Source of the DNA: Klebsiella phage vB_KpM_FBKp34
Sequence record: MW394390.1
Length of the DNA: 64,000 bases
Reading direction: 5' to 3' (one strand)
Shown here: positions 28,216 to 35,699 of the stretch, piece after piece
How the letters are laid out: the number at the start of each line of letters is the position of its first letter
Position numbering within the stretch: position 1 is the stretch's first letter
Notes under the pieces: generated by a model
Told to the model about the DNA's origin: nothing
Database searches by the model: none
The model's input: only the letters and a program-made list of their open reading frames with translations
Translations under genes and position numbers: made by a program

Positions 28216-28219
28216 GATT

Positions 28220-28295
28220 TGGTGCTACGGACTGGACTTGAACCAGTGACAACTCGATTATCGGTCGAGCATTCTACCAACTGAATTACCGAAGC
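28220..28295 (-). tRNA. tRNA-Ile (anticodon GAT)
   Basis: D-arm ATTC-AGTTGGTA-GAAT, anticodon arm CTCGA-CCGATAA-TCGAG, T-arm ACTGG-TTCAAGT-CCAGT, CCA; one T-T mismatch in acceptor. Confidence 0.7.
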
Positions 28296-28301
28296 ATTGT
28301 T

Positions 28302-28387
28302 TGGCGGAAGATGCAAGGGTTGAACTTGCACACCCTTTCGGATGGCGGTTTAGCAAACCGCTGTGGCTACCATTTCACCAATCTTCC
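28302..28387 (-). tRNA. tRNA-Ser (anticodon GCT), type II
   Basis: Acceptor GGAAGAT/ATCTTCC, anticodon arm GCGGT-TTGCTAA-ACCGC, variable arm with CCGAAAGGG, T-arm GCAAG-TTCAACC-CTTGC, CCA. Confidence 0.8.
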
Positions 28388-28467
28388 TAAATTTAAAGGC
28401 ATTTAAGCCAGTTAATGTTTCCCTGGATTTATAGACACTGGTTCATTAACATCACACTCGTCTTATC

Positions 28468-28553
28468 TGGCGGTAGATTGAAGAGTCGAACTCCTGCCCT
28501 TTCGGACCCCTCCGGGTTCAAACCGGATTGCCAACCACTTAGCGGAACCTACC
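28468..28553 (-). tRNA. tRNA-Ser (anticodon TGA), type II
   Basis: Acceptor GGTAGGT/ATCTACC, anticodon arm TCCGG-TTTGAAC-CCGGA, long variable arm GGGGTCCGAAAGGGCAGG, TTCGACT T-loop, CCA. Confidence 0.75.
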
Positions 28554-28559
28554 TTTATT

Positions 28560-28637
28560 TGGTACATCTAGAGAGATTCGAACTCATCACTGACTGGAAC
28601 CTAAATCCAGTGCCTCTACCAATTGGGCTATAGATGC
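28560..28637 (-). tRNA. tRNA-like with anticodon TAG (Leu-like) but short variable arm and weak T-stem
   Basis: Acceptor GCATCTA/TAGATGT, 3-bp D-stem with 11-nt loop, anticodon arm CTGGA-TTTAGGT-TCCAG, TTCGAAT loop with only 3 bp T-stem, CCA. Confidence 0.4.
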
Positions 28638-28647
28638 ATTTATTATT

Positions 28648-28725
28648 TGGCGTTCTGTATGGTATTCGAACCCATAGAAATCCACCTTGAAAGGGTGGTG
28701 ACTTTACCTGTTTGTCCAACAGAAC
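28648..28725 (-). tRNA. tRNA-Glu (anticodon TTC)
   Basis: Perfect acceptor GTTCTGT/ACAGAAC, anticodon arm CCACC-CTTTCAA-GGTGG, T-arm ATGGG-TTCGAAT-ACCAT, CCA. Confidence 0.75.
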
Positions 28726-28733
28726 ACAATTTT

Positions 28734-28847
28734 TGGCGGTGAATTCAGGAATCGAACCTGAGCCTACTCCATGACAAGGGAGATTGAATGCTGTAAAACT
28801 TCTCTAAGAAGTTATTTTTAGTTATTCTACCACTAAACTAATTCACC
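28734..28847 (-). tRNA. 114-nt tRNA-Leu-like (anticodon TAG) with about 38 nt of extra sequence
   Basis: Perfect acceptor GGTGAAT/ATTCACC, D-arm GTTT-AGTGGTA-GAAT, canonical anticodon arm AACTT-CTTAGAG-AAGTT, extra hairpin CTCC-CTTGTCAT-GGAG containing a TTTACAGCA repeat motif, perfect T-arm TCAGG-TTCGATT-CCTGA, CCA. Confidence 0.5.
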
Positions 28848-28853
28848 TAAACT

Positions 28854-28930
28854 TGGCGCGTCCGACGGGTTACGATCCCGCATTCTCTCCCGTGACAGGG
28901 GAGTACCATTACCTAGCCAGCCCCAGACGC
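28854..28930 (-). tRNA. tRNA-Asp (anticodon GTC) with non-canonical T-loop
   Basis: Acceptor GCGTCTG/CGGACGC, anticodon arm CTCCC-CTGTCAC-GGGAG, T-arm GCGGG-ATCGTAA-CCCGT (A54/T58), CCA. Confidence 0.65.
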
Positions 28931-28940
28931 TTAATTTGGT

Positions 28941-28990
28941 GTGGGAAGATGGAGTCGAACCAGCGAAGACGTATGTCGGGAGTTTTACTA
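28941..28990 (-). pseudogene. orphan tRNA 3' fragment (T-arm, acceptor 3' strand, CCA)
   Basis: GCTGG-TTCGACT-CCATC T-arm then TTCCCAC-A-CCA; no complementary 5' acceptor strand or D-arm within 150 nt upstream. Confidence 0.35.
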
Positions 28991-29029
28991 TTCTCCAGTG
29001 TATTTGCTGTATAACTACATCGGCTAATT

Positions 29030-29170
29030 TAATTATCAGAAGCTATCTTTTCTATACTTTCGCTCTACCAGGCTGAGCTATTCCCCGTCAGTTGTTCGGG
29101 GAAGCAGGATTTGAACCTACGACCAAAAGTTCCCATTAGATTTTATTTGCTGTAAAGCTTCTTTGATAAA
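29030..29170 (-). ncRNA. candidate Y-RNA-like ncRNA containing a circularly permuted tRNA-like module
   Basis: On the minus strand a tRNA 3' half (ACTTT-TGGTC-GTAGG-TTCAAAT-CCTGC-TTCCCCG-A) precedes, across an 8-nt linker, a 5' half (CGGGGAA-TA-GCTC-AGCCTGGTA-GAGC-G-AAAGT). The halves pair perfectly (7/7 acceptor, 5/5 anticodon-stem). Flanks can pair as AGAAGCT/AGCTTCT and ATCT/AGAT. Lies directly downstream of the Ro60-like gene on the same strand. Confidence 0.4.
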
Positions 29171-29359
29171 ATTGTCGGCAGAAGAATTTATTTTCTATGC
29201 ATGAAATTTTAAAATTGCTGTATTTCTTCTTGCCAAGATTTATTTATAAAAGATTCAGAAGATATTCTTTTCGCTACATTTCAAGTGTAATGTTGTTTTA
29301 TATTTGCTGTAAATCTTCAAGAACCTTTTATAGATAAATCTTTGTTTCTAAACTATGTA

Positions 29360-29395
29360 TTTACTTTAGCATAGGGGCTAACACCTTGTCAACCC
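29360..29395 (-). promoter_or_regulatory. sigma70-like promoter with extended -10 (minus strand) upstream of the tRNA/ncRNA block
   Basis: Minus strand reads TTGACA-15 nt-TGCTAAAGT. Confidence 0.4.
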
Positions 29396-29409
29396 CTATT
29401 TTTAATTAT

Positions 29410-30849
29410 TTAGAAATCATAACGTGGTACGTTAACTAACTTCTGCATAACTTTAACAGGTTCTAACTCACCTGTCAAGAGTCCTTTCATAATCGCTGGT
29501 GAAAATCCTGAAACCAATGCTGTACCTTTCTGACCTACTTGAACTGGCACGTTGCCTCTCTGATGGGCTGCAAGATTCCAGAAAACAAGCTGAGGCATGG
29601 TATATCCAGACTGACTGTACATGAGAGCAATAGACTCAAAGTTTGTCATACCTGAAATAGCTTGGTTAAATTCCATATCAGAGAATACGATAACTTTACT
29701 AGGCATATCCCCTTGTGTCAAGTTGTGTTTCTTACCTAACTCAAGAATTCTTGCAAAAGCTTTCATAATATCAGTTGATCCATACTCAACATGTTCTTGT
29801 ACCTTAGCAAGTTTCTGTGCAAGAGTCAAGGAACTTCCTACATCAATAAAATAAGGATTTGTTGAATACACCATCATCTGATCTTTAAAGATGCCTTTAT
29901 TACGTTCAGCAATGTAAAGAGATAAAGCAATCCCTACATGAAGAGCATAAATATCACCAGAAACTTTTGCGTTATCAAAAGTCATTGAACCAGAAACATC
30001 AGATAAACAGATAATGTTTTCACTTGTACCTTCAGTATAATCTGGCAATGCTTTCCATTGGGCATTTGCTACTGACTTATCTCCGTGCATACAAGATTTT
30101 ACAATATCATACGGATAAACAGCACCTGCATTGATCTTAGCTTGTCCATCTTCTTTAATCAGGCTTTCACGATACTGTGCATAACGTTCACTGTCCACAC
30201 GATTAAATAGTGCCTGATAACGTGCTGCTGCAAGTGATGGCAGCTTGCTATAATCAATAGCACCGTATTCTTTGCGAGAAAGACTCTGTTCCACAGTATT
30301 AGACAAAGAGGACAAGAGTTTATTATATTCCTGATAACTCAGTTTCATAAATTTAGCAAGTACCTTTGCATTATTTTTATTTTTAACTGTGTTATTTCCA
30401 CGCATACGTGGCATCCATTTTGCGCATAGTCCTGCGTTAGTCTTATCTGTTAAACAGTCAGCGATAAACTGCAAGGCTTCTTTTTCAACTGGTGTTCCAA
30501 TAGCTTCAAGAACATCGTCCCAACGACCAAGTTCTGGAATCTTAACTAACAAACGTGTTGCGAGTTTTGGATTCTGGTCACAAATGTTTTTAAATGTTTT
30601 TCTAAAAATATTTCTTTCACCCATACCTCCGCGAATATCTCGGGAGTACAGAAGAATACGTACAGCAGTTTCAGCATCTTCACTAAGAGCTTGCCAGAAA
30701 AGATCATCAGAAACAACATTCGGATTCTTACGTAAAGTACCAATCTGGAAAAACAAATCCACATTTTTATTCAGTGAAGATTCATGAGTAACTGCACCAT
30801 TAAGTGTCAGTTGGGACTTAGTACGGGATGCATCAAACAGCTTAGACAT
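29410..30849 (-). CDS. putative Ro60/TROVE-like RNA-binding protein with C-terminal von Willebrand A domain (DUF2828-type)
   Basis: 479 aa; C-terminal vWA with MIDAS LSDVSGSM; N-terminal ~270 aa helical domain of Ro/TROVE-like character (domain call by memory, not verified). Confidence 0.45.
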   Translation of the reverse strand: MSKLFDASRTKSQLTLNGAVTHESSLNKNVDLFFQIGTLRKNPNVVSDDLFWQALSEDAETAVRILLYSRDIRGGMGERNIFRKTFKNICDQNPKLATRLLVKIPELGRWDDVLEAIGTPVEKEALQFIADCLTDKTNAGLCAKWMPRMRGNNTVKNKNNAKVLAKFMKLSYQEYNKLLSSLSNTVEQSLSRKEYGAIDYSKLPSLAAARYQALFNRVDSERYAQYRESLIKEDGQAKINAGAVYPYDIVKSCMHGDKSVANAQWKALPDYTEGTSENIICLSDVSGSMTFDNAKVSGDIYALHVGIALSLYIAERNKGIFKDQMMVYSTNPYFIDVGSSLTLAQKLAKVQEHVEYGSTDIMKAFARILELGKKHNLTQGDMPSKVIVFSDMEFNQAISGMTNFESIALMYSQSGYTMPQLVFWNLAAHQRGNVPVQVGQKGTALVSGFSPAIMKGLLTGELEPVKVMQKLVNVPRYDF

Positions 30850-30931
30850 AATTAACTCCTTTGTTTATTAACTCGTTCGAAATGAACTATAGCAAAAGTT
30901 ACAAACAGAAGTCAAGTATGTTTTTAAAATT

Positions 30932-31174
30932 TTAATCAAAATCTTCAGATTTTATTCCATTTCCAGAAAAATCTAGTTCGCTTAAGTATTGATGTTCATA
31001 TTCTCGATCTGAGTTTGAGTTATCAAAAGAGTATGAAGCACACCTGGAGCAGTATGGTGATTCATTTATACCATTTTTGACATTGTAGGAATTGTGGTTA
31101 AGAGGGGCATCACAGGCTTTACATCTAAAATAAAAATTATAGGTTGGTTTATTATTGTTATTGGGTTTATCCAT
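30932..31174 (-). CDS. small zinc-ribbon protein
   Basis: 80 aa, CKAC...CSRC cysteine pairs. Confidence 0.4.
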   Translation of the reverse strand: MDKPNNNNKPTYNFYFRCKACDAPLNHNSYNVKNGINESPYCSRCASYSFDNSNSDREYEHQYLSELDFSGNGIKSEDFD

Positions 31175-31247
31175 AAAATCTCACAAAAGTTATAGTTAAT
31201 AGTTTGGTAATATTACTATACACCAGAGTGAGATTTTATGTCAAATC

Positions 31248-32102
31248 TTAGAAATTATCTATAACAGTTTCACCAGCTTCTAACCAAACTATCTTAAAAA
31301 TTATACGGTTAGCATTACCTGATGTGTTAATTAAATTTACTTGAAAATTAGATCCTTTAGGGAAAATTTGATATCCTTGGTCTCTTGAGCTAGATGCTGA
31401 AGTCCTTTGTGACGGATTACTTCCGCTTGCTGGGATAAAAGATGGTATATCATATAAAGAACCTATTCCTGTAGGGTTCCCAGATAAAACATGAATACTC
31501 ATTGTTGAATTTGAACCAAATCCTTGGTTACTTTTCACAGGGGTAATTAAAGAAGCATTAGTTTTTCCTGTACTACCTACATAAGTTCTTGCTTCAAACC
31601 CTGTATAAAAAGGTGTAAAATTGGTAGACACAATAGCGCACTCTTTGTCTGAAGGGACTATAAAATCAATCCATATGTTACCACCATTTGCAATGGTAAG
31701 ATCCACTATTGCACTGTACAACCTACCATCGATAGATGCTGCCTCTATTTGGGTTATTGTTTGTGTAAGTATTCTTGGTTCAATCAACCTTAAAAGTTTT
31801 CTAGAAGATGACCTCACATCTGAAGCCAAAACTTTATGTGCTGCTAATCTTCCCAAACCATAGGTTGAATCAGCTATAACAAAAACACCCTCCATTTGAG
31901 AGGGAACATAAAATTCTTCTTTTGAAGAAATTATATTAACTGTTGATTTATCAATATTTGTTACAGAACTCCCAAAATAAATCCTTATTGGAACTTCAGA
32001 GATATTTTCAAGAAGATAAGAAAATTTAGAATCAAAACCAGATACAGTATAAAGATTAGTCCAAGTATCATTAGAAATATTTGGAGTGAGAACTCTATTC
32101 AT
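31248..32102 (-). CDS. hypothetical protein (beta-rich, Ser/Thr/Asn-rich)
   Basis: 284 aa ORF. Confidence 0.45.
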   Translation of the reverse strand: MNRVLTPNISNDTWTNLYTVSGFDSKFSYLLENISEVPIRIYFGSSVTNIDKSTVNIISSKEEFYVPSQMEGVFVIADSTYGLGRLAAHKVLASDVRSSSRKLLRLIEPRILTQTITQIEAASIDGRLYSAIVDLTIANGGNIWIDFIVPSDKECAIVSTNFTPFYTGFEARTYVGSTGKTNASLITPVKSNQGFGSNSTMSIHVLSGNPTGIGSLYDIPSFIPASGSNPSQRTSASSSRDQGYQIFPKGSNFQVNLINTSGNANRIIFKIVWLEAGETVIDNF

Positions 32103-32191
32103 TTTATTTTCCTTATGTTTTATTTATATTTTAACATAAAGATTAAATATTTACCAGATAAATAAAAGCCCCAATTAAGGGGCTTAATTTT

Positions 32192-33877
32192 TTAAAGTTG
32201 TGACGCTGCTCGTTCACGAATCGTTGTCAGGTCTTCATCGACAATCAGCTTGCCGTTGTAGAACACACGACGCAACTCGTTATCGTCAGACTGTACATCT
32301 TCAAGCTGACAATTGTCAACCAGTTTCAGTTCGCCATTCTCATCACGAACAACCTTCAGGAAACCTTTTGCAGATTTCTTACCGAGGTCAGTCTTCGGTT
32401 CTTTGACAACCATGATCTGCTGACCATCAATCACAGCGCCAGTTGCCTTAACAGCCATACCCAGTGAATCGCGGGTTGTGTACTGCGTGGTGAAAGAACC
32501 GACGCCGTAAACAATGTTGCTGGATGCAAAACCTTTTTCTTTCAAACGTTCAAAGATGTCTTTTGCACGAGCAACAGTGATGGAGTCACCGTAAATCAGA
32601 CCAACATGACTATCAAGAACTTTGTAACCTTTAGTGTTAAATTCACCACCGAAGATTTCCCACAGACACTGGATTGCACCTTTAACTTCATGCTCTTCAA
32701 GACCTGAAGGTTGGAAGTCGAAGTAGGCATTATTCTCATCGTCAACAAGAATCCGGTAGTATTTACCTTCAATCTTGGCAACTTCTGAATTTGAATCTTC
32801 CTGTAGTGCTGAGTGTGCATCAGACCAGTCATCAAACTCACCGAGGCTACGATAGCCAGCAATGATATGCTCTGGAATACCAGAATCAGGACGGAATACT
32901 ACACGACCATCACGGGCCATGATGTCCTGTTTCAGGATCGCTGCTGCTTTGGTGATAATCGCCCAAAAGTCATAACTGTCTGCCACGTAGGAAACAAAAC
33001 CTTTAGGGAAAATTTCCGTAATGTAACGACGCAGGAACTCAACCTCAGCCAAGAAACGCGCTTCATCCAGAGTCAATTCAGGGTGTTCACCTTGTAAACG
33101 ACCAACGATGAAACCGATGTTCGTTGTTGCAACAGAGTGTTCAGATGCAGGAATAGAACCAGCAACGAACTTGCCTTTCATGTTGTAATAACGATTTGCA
33201 TACAGAATTGCTGGGATAGTATCAGTACCCATTGAGTTGATCAGTTGACCAAACTCACTCTGTGCTGCGTCGTGCGTCCCAGATTCACCACGATATGCGA
33301 AACAGTGGTTCTGGAAAGGCACATGCAAGTTGTTATCGCAAGTCTCAGCAGCCCATTTTTCAGACAGCTTGCGATACTGCCAGAACGTAGTTGCAGTCGT
33401 AATAGTTTTCCAAGTTTCTGCGGAGATCACACTTTCCAGGAAGTTAGGCAACCAGTAAAAATCAGGATGCGTGTTCTGAATGGTGAACAGCGGAACCTGT
33501 ACCGGAGACAGAGTACCTTCAGGAATCGAACGGATTTCCAGTGGCAGATAACCAAGGTCATGCAGCTTTTCAAATCCCCAAGTTTCAACCATGTTAGGAC
33601 CAATACTCAGATCACAAATTTCTTTGTACTGTTCAATAGCTTCTTCTTTACTTTTCTTGAAGAAGTTTTCGTTAAACATGTCGATAAGGAACCACTTAAT
33701 GAATCCCTGAAGACCTGCCATCATAACACGCTGGTCGTTATCAGCGAAGTGAATGAAGTGCTTCGCATTTCGTGGTGTCATGTTGTCCTGAACAATCTCA
33801 GAGCGTTTATCGTACATAGAAATGTGGCTTGGCTTATACCAATCCGCAAACATGATAGGGTTTTCTTTATACAGCAT
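32192..33877 (-). CDS. nadV: nicotinamide phosphoribosyltransferase (Nampt / NadV-like)
   Basis: 561 aa; NAPRTase-family motifs (GTDTIPA, DSYD, GLIYGDSIT, VYGVGSFT); co-localised with prs, nadR-like and pnuC. Confidence 0.7.
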   Translation of the reverse strand: MLYKENPIMFADWYKPSHISMYDKRSEIVQDNMTPRNAKHFIHFADNDQRVMMAGLQGFIKWFLIDMFNENFFKKSKEEAIEQYKEICDLSIGPNMVETWGFEKLHDLGYLPLEIRSIPEGTLSPVQVPLFTIQNTHPDFYWLPNFLESVISAETWKTITTATTFWQYRKLSEKWAAETCDNNLHVPFQNHCFAYRGESGTHDAAQSEFGQLINSMGTDTIPAILYANRYYNMKGKFVAGSIPASEHSVATTNIGFIVGRLQGEHPELTLDEARFLAEVEFLRRYITEIFPKGFVSYVADSYDFWAIITKAAAILKQDIMARDGRVVFRPDSGIPEHIIAGYRSLGEFDDWSDAHSALQEDSNSEVAKIEGKYYRILVDDENNAYFDFQPSGLEEHEVKGAIQCLWEIFGGEFNTKGYKVLDSHVGLIYGDSITVARAKDIFERLKEKGFASSNIVYGVGSFTTQYTTRDSLGMAVKATGAVIDGQQIMVVKEPKTDLGKKSAKGFLKVVRDENGELKLVDNCQLEDVQSDDNELRRVFYNGKLIVDEDLTTIRERAASQL

Positions 33878-34466
33878 CTTTTGTGTCTCCTTTGTGGTTT
33901 ATTCTATAAAATATGCAATTTCTATGAGAGTGTCTTTTACCTTTTACAACAGCACTAACTAAGCGATAGTCAAAGCCATAATCTCTCATCTCTTCATTGC
34001 CATTCATAATAGCAACTATTTCATTTGTGTCAAGAGTTATTGCAAATATTGTGAAAGATAATCTTGTTGCCCTCCTCCCACTTGGCATATCCTTCAACCC
34101 ATTGGCAAGTGCGTGAATTTGGTTAGTTTTGTTATCAACCCACTCAAGGTTTTCAACATTATTGTTTTGCTTGTTACCATCCTTGTGGTTGACTTGAGGA
34201 AGTCTTGTAGGATTAGGTATAAATGCTTCTGCAACTACACGATGAACCTTGAGACTGACTTTCTTGCCACTTTTATCCTTCGTCCTAAGACGTAAATAAC
34301 CACAATTATCTTCTTGAAATTTTAAAATCTTGCCTTTTACTTTACATAAGGTTCCTGTATCAGACCGTGCATAAACACGGTCAACAGAATAGATATTACC
34401 TTCGTTATCTACTTCAAGATATCCTTCAAAATCCTGAACGGATTTCTTTGAGAATTCCATGTTCAT
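33867..34466 (-). CDS. HNH homing endonuclease (NUMOD4-type N-terminus plus HNH_3)
   Basis: Start re-assigned to ATG at 34466 (GGGAGA RBS); HNH motif NHKDGNKQNNNVENLEW; 5' end overlaps the 3' end of prs. Confidence 0.6.
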   Translation of the reverse strand: MNMEFSKKSVQDFEGYLEVDNEGNIYSVDRVYARSDTGTLCKVKGKILKFQEDNCGYLRLRTKDKSGKKVSLKVHRVVAEAFIPNPTRLPQVNHKDGNKQNNNVENLEWVDNKTNQIHALANGLKDMPSGRRATRLSFTIFAITLDTNEIVAIMNGNEEMRDYGFDYRLVSAVVKGKRHSHRNCIFYRINHKGDTKDAV

Positions 34467-35271
34467 TTCTCCCTGAAATATTTTCCATCCATGGATGGTA
34501 AGTGTAAACCTCATCAACAAACCCTTCGAGGATATCTATCCCTTTTGAGAAGATACCATGTGTAACGTATAAAATTACACGTTTTGCACCTTTTTGTTTA
34601 AGAACCTCCCCTAATTTAAGAAAGGTGAACGCACCATCGGCGATGTCATCTACGATGACACATTCTTTACCAGCCACATCCCCAAAAACCTCTGTCCCGA
34701 AAATTTCTCCTGTCGTTACATCACGAACCTTACCAGCCTCCACCAGTGGAAGGCGCATACGATCTGCAACCTTTTGTGCTTTCTTCCTTGCACCAGCATC
34801 TGGTGCTACAATAATAACGTCTCCACCATAAAGGTGGTCATGGAATTCTGAAATCAGTATATCTTGACCACGAACATGAACATTGTTTAGTAATGCTGTT
34901 GAAACATCACTATGTGGATCATCTACCACAACTTTATCAAAACCAAGCGAGTTTACAATGTTTGCAAATACCTTAATGGCAAGAGCTTCACCAGGCTGCA
35001 TCACACGATCCTGCCGAGCATAGGGGATGTAAGGCAGATTTAGAGTAAACTCTGCATGAACATCAAGATTCTCAAGCCGAGAAACTGCATCCACGAGTAA
35101 AGCCAATACCATAATATCCGCAGAATTTTTAATCTTTGCTGTAATGTCAACAAAACCAATACTACCTTTCGGAGCATGGTTCAAGTCAATCTTCACTTGC
35201 TCCTCACCACCTTTGAACGTAAAGTGGTCTACAGGAACAATAAGTTTGTTCAGTCTAAGTTCAAGACTCAT
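34426..35271 (-). CDS. prs: ribose-phosphate pyrophosphokinase (PRPP synthetase)
   Basis: 281 aa; PRPP-binding loop VIVDDIADGAFT and Prs-type N-terminal domain. Confidence 0.7.
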   Translation of the reverse strand: MSLELRLNKLIVPVDHFTFKGGEEQVKIDLNHAPKGSIGFVDITAKIKNSADIMVLALLVDAVSRLENLDVHAEFTLNLPYIPYARQDRVMQPGEALAIKVFANIVNSLGFDKVVVDDPHSDVSTALLNNVHVRGQDILISEFHDHLYGGDVIIVAPDAGARKKAQKVADRMRLPLVEAGKVRDVTTGEIFGTEVFGDVAGKECVIVDDIADGAFTFLKLGEVLKQKGAKRVILYVTHGIFSKGIDILEGFVDEVYTYHPWMENISGRNEHGILKEIRSGF

Positions 35272-35651
35272 TTTAAATCTCCTCTATTAACTACTATGTA
35301 ATGTCTTGGTTTTGCATGACCTGATTGGTCTACAAAACCACTCTTGATTCTTTGTATATAACCATACTCTTCCATCCTTTTCAAGAACTCTGTTACTTTT
35401 GTTCTTGATTTTTCCCCAAATCCAAGTAATTCACACAATGTTTGTTGGGAAGGATAGAACACTTTAGTCAAATCTGCAAGCTTGTCTTTCTTCTTAGCCA
35501 AGTGACAAAAGTAGTCATATCTCCACCATAATCTTATCAATCTTTGTAAATCACCACCAGACAACCTCTTATCGAAAACCCAGTAGACAGGGATAGAGAC
35601 AAAAGAGTTCTCTTTTATTATAATCTCATTGTCATCTAACCTTATTTTCAT
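35268..35651 (-). CDS. putative winged-helix DNA-binding regulator
   Basis: 127 aa; HTH-like segment QQTLCELLGFGEKSRTKVTEFLKRMEEYGYIQR; first gene leftward from the divergent regulatory region. Confidence 0.35.
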   Translation of the reverse strand: MKIRLDDNEIIIKENSFVSIPVYWVFDKRLSGGDLQRLIRLWWRYDYFCHLAKKKDKLADLTKVFYPSQQTLCELLGFGEKSRTKVTEFLKRMEEYGYIQRIKSGFVDQSGHAKPRHYIVVNRGDLK

Positions 35652-35699
35652 CCAAGTTGCTCCTGCCTGTATCTCACTCTATAAGTTTTACCACTTCAC

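Noticed and set aside
28388-28467. 80-nt spacer between tRNA-Ser genes examined for another tRNA
   Set aside because: No T-loop signature (no GTTCRA-type box on the minus strand) and no acceptor pairing; only a weak CCAG/CTGG hairpin.
28134-28633. ORFs 28134-28331 (-) and 28415-28633 (+) in the tRNA block
   Set aside because: Both overlap well-formed tRNA-Ile/Ser genes and have no translation signals.
29055-29134. Interpretation of the 3'-half/5'-half pair as two independent normal tRNA genes
   Set aside because: The 3' half has no 5' partner upstream and the 5' half has no matching anticodon 3' strand downstream, whereas the two halves pair perfectly with each other. A tandem-duplication scar cannot be excluded without comparative data.
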